From NCBI GenBank assembly GCA_945913025.1, contig CAMECJ010000003.1, positions 103,746 through 167,745 on the forward strand: 64,000 nt of DNA, given 5' to 3'. The stretch is from an uncultured Elusimicrobia bacterium. Its GTDB lineage: Bacteria > Elusimicrobiota > Elusimicrobia > Elusimicrobiales > Elusimicrobiaceae. Position 1 is the first letter of the stretch, and each line of letters starts with the position of its first letter. Of this stretch, positions 8,808 to 18,482 are shown in pieces. The notes beneath the pieces were generated by a model that saw nothing but the letters and a program-made list of their open reading frames with translations, was not told the DNA's origin and did no database searches. A program made the position numbers and the translations under genes.

Positions 8808-10028
8808 ATGAAATTTGAACGATTTATTGCCGTGCGCTACCTTACGCGCCGCCAAGGGCTGTTCGCCTTTATCACCACACTGATCGGCGTGGCGGGCGTC
8901 AGCGTGGGCGTAGCCGCGCTTATTACCACTTTATCCGTTATGAACGGCTTTCAAACCGATATTAAAGACAAAATCATCGGCGCGCAAAGCCATATCCTCG
9001 TTTTCGGGCAGATGAGCAAGAAAACGTATCCCGAAAAAATGAAACAAATTGAACAAATCCCCTTGGTGGAAGCCGCCGCGCCGCATATTTACGGGCAGGG
9101 AATCATCACGTATGCTGGGCAAAGCTTGGGGCTTGTCGTACGCGGGCTGGATCCGGAACAGGAAAAGAAAATCAACACGTTGGCGGACTCGCTGACGGCG
9201 GGAACTTTTAACCCCAAAGACTGGGCGCAAGATGCGCCGCCGCCGCTCGTCTTAGGCACGGAACTGGCCGCCAATATGGGAGCGGACATCGGCGATGACG
9301 TAGTGCTGATTTCCCCCCAATCCATTTCCACCTCGGCGGGGATGTTTCCTAAAATGAAAAAATTCCGCATAAGCGGACTCCTTCGTACCGGATATTATGA
9401 ATTTGATAATACCATTGCCTATACGCTTCTGCCGCATGCCAGCGATTTTTTAGGTCTTAAACAAGGCGTAACAGGAGTGGCTGTAAAACTGAAAGATATT
9501 AACAAAGCCGACGAAGCCGCACGGGATATCCAAAACGCCATTGGCTACGGGTATTCCGTACGTACGTTCGCACAGATGAACAGCACGTTATACGCCGCCT
9601 TAAAACTGGAAAAAACAATGATGTTTATTATTCTGTTCCTCATTATCGGCGTAGCGTCGCTGAACATTGCGGGAAACCTGATTTTGCTCGGTACCGAAAA
9701 ACTGCGCGATATCGGTATTCTGCGCGCCATCGGCGCAAGCCCGAAGCTTATCCGTAAAGTATTTTTGTGGGAAGCAATGGTTATTGCTACATTGGGTATC
9801 GTGCTGGGATTGCTGTTGGCGTGTTTATTGTGTTGGATTATCGCCACGTTTCAAATTGTGGAACTTCCCGGGGATATTTATTACTTAACTAAAGTGCCGG
9901 TACGTATGCTGTGGGGCGATGTGCTGGCCGTCGTGGGCGGGAGTTATTTAATCTGCTTTGCCGCGGGACTGTATCCGGCGGTAAAAGCGTCGCGCGTACA
10001 CCCCACGGACGCTATCCGCTACGGGTGA
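8808..10028 (+). CDS. lolE: Lipoprotein-releasing ABC transporter permease (LolC/LolE family)
   Basis: SVMNGF, MacB-like periplasmic domain, EIGILRAIGA-type and LPGDIYY motifs. Confidence 0.9.
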   Translation: MKFERFIAVRYLTRRQGLFAFITTLIGVAGVSVGVAALITTLSVMNGFQTDIKDKIIGAQSHILVFGQMSKKTYPEKMKQIEQIPLVEAAAPHIYGQGIITYAGQSLGLVVRGLDPEQEKKINTLADSLTAGTFNPKDWAQDAPPPLVLGTELAANMGADIGDDVVLISPQSISTSAGMFPKMKKFRISGLLRTGYYEFDNTIAYTLLPHASDFLGLKQGVTGVAVKLKDINKADEAARDIQNAIGYGYSVRTFAQMNSTLYAALKLEKTMMFIILFLIIGVASLNIAGNLILLGTEKLRDIGILRAIGASPKLIRKVFLWEAMVIATLGIVLGLLLACLLCWIIATFQIVELPGDIYYLTKVPVRMLWGDVLAVVGGSYLICFAAGLYPAVKASRVHPTDAIRYG

Positions 10029-10035
10029 GAATACT

Positions 10036-10701
10036 ATGATAGAACTTGTACACTTAACCAAAATTTACGGCCAAGGCCAAGAAAACCTGTGCGTGCTGGA
10101 AGACGTTTCGCTGACGATCAGACGCGGAACATTTACAGTGCTTTTAGGCCCCAGCGGTTCGGGCAAAAGCACGCTTTTAAACTTAATCGCCATGTTGGAC
10201 GCGCCCACCTCCGGCAAAATTCTCGTAGACGGAATTGACGTTACCGCCATTAAAAGCGAATCCGCGCGGTCGGATCTGCGTCTTAAAAAAATGGGATTTG
10301 TATTCCAGTTTGACGGCCTGCTGCCCGAATTTTCCCTCTTGGAAAATGTGGATATGCCCGCCCTGATGCGCGGAACCCCCAAGCCCGAAAAAGCGCGGGA
10401 ACTGTTGGAAAAATTCGGCTTAGGCAAAATGACAGACAAACTGCCGGCAGATTTATCCGGCGGGGAAAAACAGCGCGCCAGTATCGCACGCGCGTTACGC
10501 AACGAACCGCCGATCTTGCTGGCAGACGAGCCCACGGGCAACCTTGACGCAGCGCGCAAGATCCAAGTGTTTGAAGATTTTGCCCGTATGAGTAAAGAAC
10601 ACGGGCTGACCACCGTTATGGTCACACATGATATGCACGCCTCCGAATACGCAGACGACGTATTTCAACTTGAAAACCGCAAACTGGTAAAAATCAAATG
10701 A
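10036..10701 (+). CDS. lolD: Lipoprotein-releasing ABC transporter ATPase
   Basis: GPSGSGKS, LSGGEKQR and LLADEPTGNLD motifs; follows lolE. Confidence 0.9.
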   Translation: MIELVHLTKIYGQGQENLCVLEDVSLTIRRGTFTVLLGPSGSGKSTLLNLIAMLDAPTSGKILVDGIDVTAIKSESARSDLRLKKMGFVFQFDGLLPEFSLLENVDMPALMRGTPKPEKARELLEKFGLGKMTDKLPADLSGGEKQRASIARALRNEPPILLADEPTGNLDAARKIQVFEDFARMSKEHGLTTVMVTHDMHASEYADDVFQLENRKLVKIK

Positions 10702-11663
10702 AAAAAACGCTTTTGTTGGCGCTCCTGTTGGCGGGCGCCGCTTTAAATGCCCCTGCCCGCCAAGCGCAAAAACCGTTCTTTCCGGCCGACAACTCCGCTG
10801 ACCGATTGGATACTTACGATGAACTTTACCAAAAAGAACAACGCAAAACAGCCAAACGCCGTTTTAAACAGCTTCGCGCCGAGGTACGCGGCGGTTACGC
10901 CGAATCCGCCAGAGAACTGGCGTGGGCCTATTATCGCGGCGAAGGTGTAAAAAAGAACGATAAAAAAGCCTATAAATATATGCAAAAAGCCGCACAAGCG
11001 GGAGATGCGGGCGCCGCCGTTATGCAAGGGGTTATGCTGGCGCACGGCAAAGGAGTCCGCCAAAACCTGCCGCTGGCCTGCGCGATTTTTAAGGAGCTTG
11101 TCCAAAACGATAATCCCCACGCAATGTTCCAACTGTACCGGTTGGCAAGCGGCTGCTCCGTTTCTGACGAAGAACAACAACGAATGTTAGACACGTCCGC
11201 CCGACGCGGCGTTGCTCCCGCATTATATGAAACAAGCCTTTTGACCTCCAACGACCCCGAACAAGCCTTCCGGTATATGGAACAAGCCGCCCGCTTGGAA
11301 TACCGCCCCGCACAATATGCGCTGGCCCGAATGTTCGAGGCCGGAAACGGTACGGAAATAAACCCCGCCAAGGCATTTGATTATATGCTGCTGGCCGCCA
11401 AACAAAACCTTCAAGAAGCACAGTGGCAAACCGCCCAATGGTACGAAGCGGGATACGGCGTCAAAAAGAGTCTGCCGCTGTCGTTTCACTGGACAAGAAA
11501 CGCTGCCAAAAACGGTGTAAAAGAGGCGCAAAAAAGACTGGCGGAAATGTACCGTACCGGCTACGGCGTGCCCGTTAATGCGGGGCAAGCCCGCAAGTGG
11601 GAAAAGAAAGCCGCCGCAAATGAACAAACTGCCGTCCGCCAAACTAAGGAGGAATTTTATTAA
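10698..11663 (+). CDS. Sel1/TPR-repeat exported protein
   Basis: Signal peptide; multiple AQxxLAxMYxxGxG repeats. Confidence 0.88.
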   Translation: MKKTLLLALLLAGAALNAPARQAQKPFFPADNSADRLDTYDELYQKEQRKTAKRRFKQLRAEVRGGYAESARELAWAYYRGEGVKKNDKKAYKYMQKAAQAGDAGAAVMQGVMLAHGKGVRQNLPLACAIFKELVQNDNPHAMFQLYRLASGCSVSDEEQQRMLDTSARRGVAPALYETSLLTSNDPEQAFRYMEQAARLEYRPAQYALARMFEAGNGTEINPAKAFDYMLLAAKQNLQEAQWQTAQWYEAGYGVKKSLPLSFHWTRNAAKNGVKEAQKRLAEMYRTGYGVPVNAGQARKWEKKAAANEQTAVRQTKEEFY

Positions 11664-12265
11664 TGCAAACCTTTCATCCCGTTGCGGCGGGAATATTGCT
11701 TTTATTAGCCTCCGCAACAGTACTGGTGTTATACACACGCTTCCGTAATCCGTTCAAACAAATTCTCCGCCACGCCCAGGCGGGCGAAGCGGACGCACAG
11801 TACCGTTTGGGCGTACTGTATTACCAAGGCATACACGCGCCGAAAAATTACGAACAGGCGTTTTTTTGGTTTCAAAAATCCGCCGAAAACGGTAACGCCC
11901 GCGCCATGACGGCTTTGGCCGGACTTTATAATGCGGGGCAAGGCTGCCGCAAGAATGAAACCCAGGCCTTCCGCAGCTACCAAACCGCCGCCGACTGGGG
12001 CGATTTGGAGGCCCGAATCAATTTGGCCGTCTGTTACCTGCAAGGCATCGGCGTCAGTAAAAACGAATCCGCAGGATTTGAAATCATGAAAGCCGCCGCA
12101 GATGACCACAGCCCCCTTGCCCAATTTCTAACAGCAGATCTATATGAGCGCGGATTTGGGGTGGAAAAGAATGACACTTTGGCGTTAAAATACTATATTT
12201 TAGCGGCCAAGCAAGGAGAACCGCGTTCCAAGGAAAGAATTAAAAAATTAAAAGCAAAAAAATAA
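11663..12265 (+). CDS. Sel1-repeat membrane-anchored protein
   Basis: N-terminal TM helix; AQYRLGVLYYQG-type repeats. Confidence 0.88.
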   Translation: MQTFHPVAAGILLLLASATVLVLYTRFRNPFKQILRHAQAGEADAQYRLGVLYYQGIHAPKNYEQAFFWFQKSAENGNARAMTALAGLYNAGQGCRKNETQAFRSYQTAADWGDLEARINLAVCYLQGIGVSKNESAGFEIMKAAADDHSPLAQFLTADLYERGFGVEKNDTLALKYYILAAKQGEPRSKERIKKLKAKK

Positions 12266-12284
12266 ACGGTTACGGAATTGATTA

Positions 12285-12320
12285 TTTGTAACGCCCCGAT
12301 TTTACTCGGGGCGTTACAAA
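12285..12320. terminator. Bidirectional terminator
   Basis: TTTGTAACGCCCCGA...TCGGGGCGTTACAAA. Confidence 0.75.
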
Positions 12321-12334
12321 CCGTATATAACGTC

Positions 12335-15300
12335 TTAATACACTAAGGACGATGAGGGGGCAGTTTCATCAGGCAAGAGCTCGTTTGTATCCGTTTCTGT
12401 GGGTGTAGTTTCTTCGGGCCCCTGCGCATTCCCATCTGTTTTCATGGAAAGTATAAGTACTTTTTGAAAAAGATTCCAATTCTGATCCTGTTGCGCTTTC
12501 TCCTCCCATTGCATCTCAAACTCCCATATTTTAAGCTGCATCTCTTCTAGCGTGCTTGAAGAACGATATGCTTCTTCAATCCCTGCACGCCATTCGTTCA
12601 AAAGAGGGGAGATATTTATATGAAACTCTTTTGCCAGATTTTCTAACTCATTAATCTGTATTTGAGAATTCACCAGCACTGCTTCCCGTTTAAATTGATT
12701 ATAGCGGGCAGATACTTGCGGGTCATCTACGGCAATACCTTTTTTCTGGAGCGTTTTCAAATCCGACAAAACGGATTGATAAATCTGATTTATCGGATTG
12801 AAAAGCGTTGCGTGCTGCTGTTCATCATAACCCCTCTCATATAGAGCGGTTACCGTATAGTACCAATTTTGATTCACCACAGTAAACAAGTCATTAAAGT
12901 TGAGTTCGTTGATTTTCAACTCAATTTCTTGACTCAACTGCATGAGCTTGACATTAAAATCTTCCCACGCGGCCAGAATCAGGTTATACTTCTCCACAAG
13001 CTCACCTTTGCCACGATATATCTGATTCACTTTTTCTGTGCAAGAATTAATTAACTGAGTTATTTTCCTATTCTCACGCTCAAAATTTCCGGCTTTCATT
13101 TGCTGTTTTAAGAGCTTAAAAGTCTTTTCGTTGTCTTTACGGACTTTCTCTAATTCCTCTATAACCTGGGCATATAGCTGATCTACGTTATTTTCCGCTA
13201 CACTCTCTTGATATTTGCGCACCATACGGTTGATTCTCAACTGATTCGCCTCTATTGCCAAACGTGACACTACACCTTCATTTCTAAACGGCGGTTGGAC
13301 AATTCCTGTTTTCGAAAGAGAATTCTGCACGCCCAAAGCAAGAAAACCCAAGCTAGCCCCTTGAGCAGGAGGTTCCGCAGCGGCACTCACGTCACTCAGC
13401 ACGGATATATCAGACGGCACAATTCCTTGTTCTTCGAGAAATGCAAGATTCTTTTCTACAGAGTTTGCATCTTCTTCCAACAGTTTAGGATCATACGCGT
13501 CCCCGAATTGTTTCTTGGAGCGTTCTACTTCTTCACGAATATTCTCATCCACATATCCCTGGAAAGGTCCACTCAACAACATATCGGTTACATTCATTCC
13601 GCCAAAGAAGGTGGTATTTTCAACTAAACGGCCCGTCCAGCGCTGTGAGAGTTCATAGGGAAATCCCAACACCCCAGTCTGCCCCGTACGCGATAAATGC
13701 ACGCTCAACTGTTCCGGAACAGCACCCCAGTTTTCCGCGCTGAAACCAAGTCCTGTGGATACCGGTGAAAAGTCAGCCGGCACTTCTCCCATATTGCGCG
13801 TAATTGCCAAAGATACCCCTTCCGGAGATTTAGGCAGCACAATCACGGAACTGGTAGAAGCTGACGATGCTAACTTGGCGTCATAGGCGGCACGGCTAGC
13901 CGGGTTTTTTAACGCGGAGTAAGCATTATTTAATTGTTTTGTCCACTCTTCACTTCCCATTCTGTCCGGATGCGCTTCAAGTACCTTTTTCTTGTATGCC
14001 CGCTTGATTTCTTTTTGTGTGGCATTTCTGCTTATCCCCAACAATTCATAATAATCGGGTACGACCTCTTTACCTGCCGCTTTCAAGCCATCGCCCAATT
14101 GCATAAATTCTTGTTGATTAATACGCACCCAGCCCGAGTCGGTATATTTCCAATAATCAAAAACACCTTTTCCGGTCTCTTTTGCCGCATCTTTTTGAAA
14201 AGCGCGGGCCGTCGCCCCCAACACACGTTTTTCATCGTAGATTTGGCCGGCAAAAGTTTGATAGCCGAATAACGGTTTAAGGCCGGCGTTCCACCATGAA
14301 GAAAAGGGTCTTAACGGTTCAAAAGCAGTCACTTGAGACAAGCGTCGTCCATCCTGCATACGGGCATTACGCATTAAATAGCGCCAGTCATCCCAGCTGC
14401 GAATACCAAATCTTAATCTTTCGGCTTTTGCACCCGACAGCGTTGCGGTATAAAAATTAAATCCGGGGCGATGTGCGGATACCGTCCATTCTTCTACGGG
14501 AGCGAGCTCTTTGCCCCACCAGCGGCGGTTGCGGAAACTCCGCATAGAATTTATAGGAGACATAGCCAATTCTTCCGCTGTAGTATACGACGGCTTATTC
14601 CACCAAGTTCGGAGCCTGCCCCACCAGCCCTGATTGGAAGCAGAGGAGACACCTGGTGCAGCTGATAAAGAAGGCGTGCTGAAAGCCGCAGACGAAGCCG
14701 GCAGCGGAGCTAAACGCAGGGCATTGGCGGGCGCTGCACCGGCCCCCGCAGCATTCTCTGCGGCAGTGATGGGCTTTCTCACTTTTTCCATACGGGCGGC
14801 AGCTACTGTTATTCCGTTCTCAGGCAGAACACGAGACAGGTTGGCGTAGCGGCTCCCCTTTAAGATTTCAATACTAAAGCTGAGTGAACGCCGGCCTTTA
14901 TTGGCATTCAAGGCCGCACGGGTTGCTTTTGGCAGCGCCAACATAGCCCCCCGTGTTACACGGTAAGCTCTGGCCAACAAAACAAAGACTTCTGCGCCAA
15001 TAACCCAAATCAGCACTTCTGCCGCAAATGTTAAGATTCCCATATCTAAATCGTTTTTTGCTTTATGCGGATTTTTCCCGTTGTACAGACTCATTTCAAT
15101 CCACTCGCCATTTGATTTACGACCCGCTCCATAAATTGTCCTCGGGGTACGTTCGCCGGCACCCCAGCCGTTACCATTATATTTCCAAGCCTCCAGCAGC
15201 AAAGGCGAATTAAGCGGACGCAAACGGGGAATTTCATTATATGTATTTTTAATTGTACTCAAGCCGCTCTTCGTCCGTGTAATATCGTGGTACAAGACCG

Positions 15301-16876
15301 GATCCCAGTCCGGATGTTCCAGTTTCAAATCAGCATTGGCAATCCTGTTGTAGATTAGCGCCAGTTTATCAGACAGCATCTGCATTTGGCTGAGGTCCAA
15401 CCCGTACGTTTCATAATCGGCGCTGTTCAACGAAGCATAAATATCTACCGTACGGGCGGCAACGGACAGTTGGGTGCCAAGAGGAATCGTAACCACCCTG
15501 TGAAATAATGCTGGAGCAGTAGGCGCCAAACTGTTTTGCTTAACCTGCTCCATTGTTTTCTGCCGTTCCTCTTCGGGTTGCTGCTGTATAAAAGCGCTAA
15601 TGGATTCTAATGCAAAAATGCGCGTAGGCAAAGAATATGTGTCCGGATCAGTAAAAGACACCAATAAACGTACCGTCTCTATATCTGTTGGAAGAGACGC
15701 GACGAAAGAAAACTGAAGATGTTCGCGAATCGTTTGAAAAACAACATTTAAAGCGGTGGTATAGTTCTGCAAAAACTTAGTAGATTTAGGCCCCTCATCA
15801 AAAATACGAACAATGCTTTCTATTGTTTTTGGTTGGTACAGAATGGCCGCTGTTACAGCAAACTCCGTCCACAGCGACATCTTGGAATACGCACTACTAT
15901 TTTCCTTAGGGTCTTTAGCGTGCAGCTTGTCAATTTCCTGCACAAAGCTCTGCATTATTTGATTATACAGATCGGAAGAGAAATACTGAAAGATCTGCGC
16001 TTCTCCGTCAGCTATGCTCCACGTTGCATCCGTTCCTTCCGGCCCTCGTCTTGCCAACAAAGGATTTTCCTTTCCGATACGTTCGTAGTACTGATTCACC
16101 TTCAGCAACAAGATCCGCAAAGTACCGATAGTCTGCATTTCTTCGACGCTCATTGCCTCAATAGATTGCTTCTTATTTTCAAGCGATCTTAAGCGGAAAA
16201 TAGCACGCAACTGCAATTCAAGCAAATCCATTGTTTCAATTACATTTAATTGGCCAGAGTCCAACGTATTACCCATAACCTCAGCCACCACAATAGAAAA
16301 ATTCAATTTGTCAGGAGTTCCCGGAAGTGGATCCAAGTATAACATCAGGTTTTCCCACGATTCTTCCGCTTTCGTAATACGGGTAATAAACTCGTCGGTT
16401 TCTCGTTTTTCGTCCTCCTTCGTTTTCTGCATCATGTACCCTTCATATTTAGGATTAATGAAGCAGGTATCCGGCAGGTACTGGGACGGCACCGCATCTT
16501 TATCTAGAGTATGAAGATCCGGCAAGCACTGAGGAAGCTCTTTCAAGAGATCTTCCCTCTCTGCCAACGACAAGGAAGAAACTGAAGCAGAGGGAAGCCT
16601 ATGCAGTTCAATTAATATCGGATACAATTCAAACACATCTTTTGCGTTCGCATATTCTTCCTTTAAGCGCGCCAGCTGTTGCTTTGGATCCGCCCGCGAT
16701 TCACCTACGGTTTTTTGAACTCTGTCTGTAAGTTCATCCAAATCGGTACTCAAAATCGTCCAATCCGGATCGTGAATGGTAAATGTTTTTTGGGCTAACA
16801 AATCCGTAGGAGCGAGAATGGTAAATGTAAAAACCAGAGCCATTATACGGCTTAACCATGCCATAGAAAACCTCAT
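12335..16876 (-). CDS. 1513-aa hypothetical exported protein with internal J-domain (about aa 941-999)
   Basis: Long ORF; N-terminal signal-like segment; DYYELLGI...AHPDR...LNNAYSAL J-domain; exact start uncertain. Confidence 0.8.
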   Translation of the reverse strand: MRFSMAWLSRIMALVFTFTILAPTDLLAQKTFTIHDPDWTILSTDLDELTDRVQKTVGESRADPKQQLARLKEEYANAKDVFELYPILIELHRLPSASVSSLSLAEREDLLKELPQCLPDLHTLDKDAVPSQYLPDTCFINPKYEGYMMQKTKEDEKRETDEFITRITKAEESWENLMLYLDPLPGTPDKLNFSIVVAEVMGNTLDSGQLNVIETMDLLELQLRAIFRLRSLENKKQSIEAMSVEEMQTIGTLRILLLKVNQYYERIGKENPLLARRGPEGTDATWSIADGEAQIFQYFSSDLYNQIMQSFVQEIDKLHAKDPKENSSAYSKMSLWTEFAVTAAILYQPKTIESIVRIFDEGPKSTKFLQNYTTALNVVFQTIREHLQFSFVASLPTDIETVRLLVSFTDPDTYSLPTRIFALESISAFIQQQPEEERQKTMEQVKQNSLAPTAPALFHRVVTIPLGTQLSVAARTVDIYASLNSADYETYGLDLSQMQMLSDKLALIYNRIANADLKLEHPDWDPVLYHDITRTKSGLSTIKNTYNEIPRLRPLNSPLLLEAWKYNGNGWGAGERTPRTIYGAGRKSNGEWIEMSLYNGKNPHKAKNDLDMGILTFAAEVLIWVIGAEVFVLLARAYRVTRGAMLALPKATRAALNANKGRRSLSFSIEILKGSRYANLSRVLPENGITVAAARMEKVRKPITAAENAAGAGAAPANALRLAPLPASSAAFSTPSLSAAPGVSSASNQGWWGRLRTWWNKPSYTTAEELAMSPINSMRSFRNRRWWGKELAPVEEWTVSAHRPGFNFYTATLSGAKAERLRFGIRSWDDWRYLMRNARMQDGRRLSQVTAFEPLRPFSSWWNAGLKPLFGYQTFAGQIYDEKRVLGATARAFQKDAAKETGKGVFDYWKYTDSGWVRINQQEFMQLGDGLKAAGKEVVPDYYELLGISRNATQKEIKRAYKKKVLEAHPDRMGSEEWTKQLNNAYSALKNPASRAAYDAKLASSASTSSVIVLPKSPEGVSLAITRNMGEVPADFSPVSTGLGFSAENWGAVPEQLSVHLSRTGQTGVLGFPYELSQRWTGRLVENTTFFGGMNVTDMLLSGPFQGYVDENIREEVERSKKQFGDAYDPKLLEEDANSVEKNLAFLEEQGIVPSDISVLSDVSAAAEPPAQGASLGFLALGVQNSLSKTGIVQPPFRNEGVVSRLAIEANQLRINRMVRKYQESVAENNVDQLYAQVIEELEKVRKDNEKTFKLLKQQMKAGNFERENRKITQLINSCTEKVNQIYRGKGELVEKYNLILAAWEDFNVKLMQLSQEIELKINELNFNDLFTVVNQNWYYTVTALYERGYDEQQHATLFNPINQIYQSVLSDLKTLQKKGIAVDDPQVSARYNQFKREAVLVNSQIQINELENLAKEFHINISPLLNEWRAGIEEAYRSSSTLEEMQLKIWEFEMQWEEKAQQDQNWNLFQKVLILSMKTDGNAQGPEETTPTETDTNELLPDETAPSSSLVY

Positions 16877-16972
16877 AATATATATAAAAGTCTTTCTATT
16901 TATTATAGCTGTTTTTACACAATTTCCCAGGAGAAAAAAGCCCTATTTCCATATAGGCCGAAAGTCCTATAT

Positions 16973-17008
16973 AAAAAAGCCAAGGGTCCGGCAAAGCGGA
17001 CCCTTGGC
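16973..17008 (-). terminator. Terminator after the phoH-like gene
   Basis: GCCAAGGGTCCG...CGGACCCTTGGC with an adjacent A6 tract. Confidence 0.75.
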
Positions 17009-17024
17009 CTTCAAGCAAAAACAC

Positions 17025-18350
17025 CTATAACAACTTCGAAGCCAAATCCGCCAGACGGCTGCGTTCCGTTTTGGTAAACGTAATATGCCCGTAGGATTTT
17101 TGGCCTTTCAAGCGGTCTACTAAATAGGTAAGACCGTTGGATTCCACGTCCAAATACGGCGTATCGATTTGGTATGGGTCTCCGGTAACAACGACTTTCG
17201 TCCCCTCGCCCGCGCGCGTTAAAATCGTTTTCATTTCGTGCGGGGTAAGGTTCTGTGCGTCGTCTACAATGATGTATTGATTCGGCAGCGAGCGCCCGCG
17301 CATATGCGTAACGGAGGCAATTTCGATTTTGCCGCTGTCCAACAGATAATGCGCTTTTTCTTCGCCTTCTTCCGGATTTTTACGGTCGGCCAAAAACGCC
17401 AAGTTATCGTAAATAGCCCCCATCCACGCTTCCAGTTTTTCTTCTTTTGTACCGGGCAGGAAACCCAAGTCTTTACCCACGGGCACAATCGAACGGCACA
17501 CCACCAGGCGGCGGTACGCGCTTTCGTCCATAGTGCGCTGCAGGCCGGTAGCAAGCGTGATCAGCGTTTTACCCGTTCCGGCGGTACCGACCAGGGTAAC
17601 GATATCCAAGCTGTCGTCCAACAAAAGTTCCATGGCAAAGCGCTGTTCTTTGTTAAGCGGCTTAATCCCCCACGCGGCAGGCTCCTGCGCCGAAAGCGGA
17701 CGGAGTACAAATTCTCCGTTATTGGCAATGCGTCCGATAGCGGATTTTTTGCTGCCGTCGTTTGTTTTCAAAATAATAAATTGGTTAGGGAAATACAGTT
17801 TGGGATCCACGGGAAGCCGCTTATCGCGGTAGAACGCATCAATTTCGGCGGAGGATACTTCCAGTTCGCTCATACCGGTATAGAGTTCATCCACATTTAC
17901 TTTATCAGTCGTGTAATCCTGCGCCGAAAGCCCAAGTGCTTCAGCTTTCAAGCGCATATTGATGTCTTTCGTGACCACAAATACCGGCGCAGTGTTTTTT
18001 TTGTAAGAACCTTCTTTCTTGCTTAACGTATAGGCGATGTTTAAAATAGAGTTATCTGCCTTGTTAAACGACAAAGACGGCGGCAGAATATTCGGCCGGT
18101 CCAGCTCTATTTTAAGCGTACCGCCTTTAGGCAGTTTTACCCCTTCGTTCAGCCGCCCCTGTTCGCGCATTTCGTCGAGGGCGCGGGAAACCATACGGGC
18201 GTTCTTGCCGCGCGTATCGCTGGCACTTTTAAACGAATCTAATTCTTCAATAACGGCCATCGGGATAATAATGTCGTTATCCTCAAACGCGTGCAAACAA
18301 TTTACATCGTGCAGCAGGACGTTGGTGTCCAAGATAAATGTTTTTTTCAT
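17025..18350 (-). CDS. PhoH family protein with N-terminal PIN domain (PhoH2/YlaK-like)
   Basis: ILDTNVLLHD PIN motif; GTAGTGKT; RGRS; DDAQN. Confidence 0.92.
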   Translation of the reverse strand: MKKTFILDTNVLLHDVNCLHAFEDNDIIIPMAVIEELDSFKSASDTRGKNARMVSRALDEMREQGRLNEGVKLPKGGTLKIELDRPNILPPSLSFNKADNSILNIAYTLSKKEGSYKKNTAPVFVVTKDINMRLKAEALGLSAQDYTTDKVNVDELYTGMSELEVSSAEIDAFYRDKRLPVDPKLYFPNQFIILKTNDGSKKSAIGRIANNGEFVLRPLSAQEPAAWGIKPLNKEQRFAMELLLDDSLDIVTLVGTAGTGKTLITLATGLQRTMDESAYRRLVVCRSIVPVGKDLGFLPGTKEEKLEAWMGAIYDNLAFLADRKNPEEGEEKAHYLLDSGKIEIASVTHMRGRSLPNQYIIVDDAQNLTPHEMKTILTRAGEGTKVVVTGDPYQIDTPYLDVESNGLTYLVDRLKGQKSYGHITFTKTERSRLADLASKLL

Positions 18351-18482
18351 AGTCGCCTCTCTGTGCGCCGGACGGCGCCGTTACTATTAGTATAGGTCTG
18401 TTTCCGACGAAAATCAAGGGATTCCCCCGCCGAAGGACTCCGGCTTGTGCATATTTTAGCATTAATTGGTATAAATATATAT

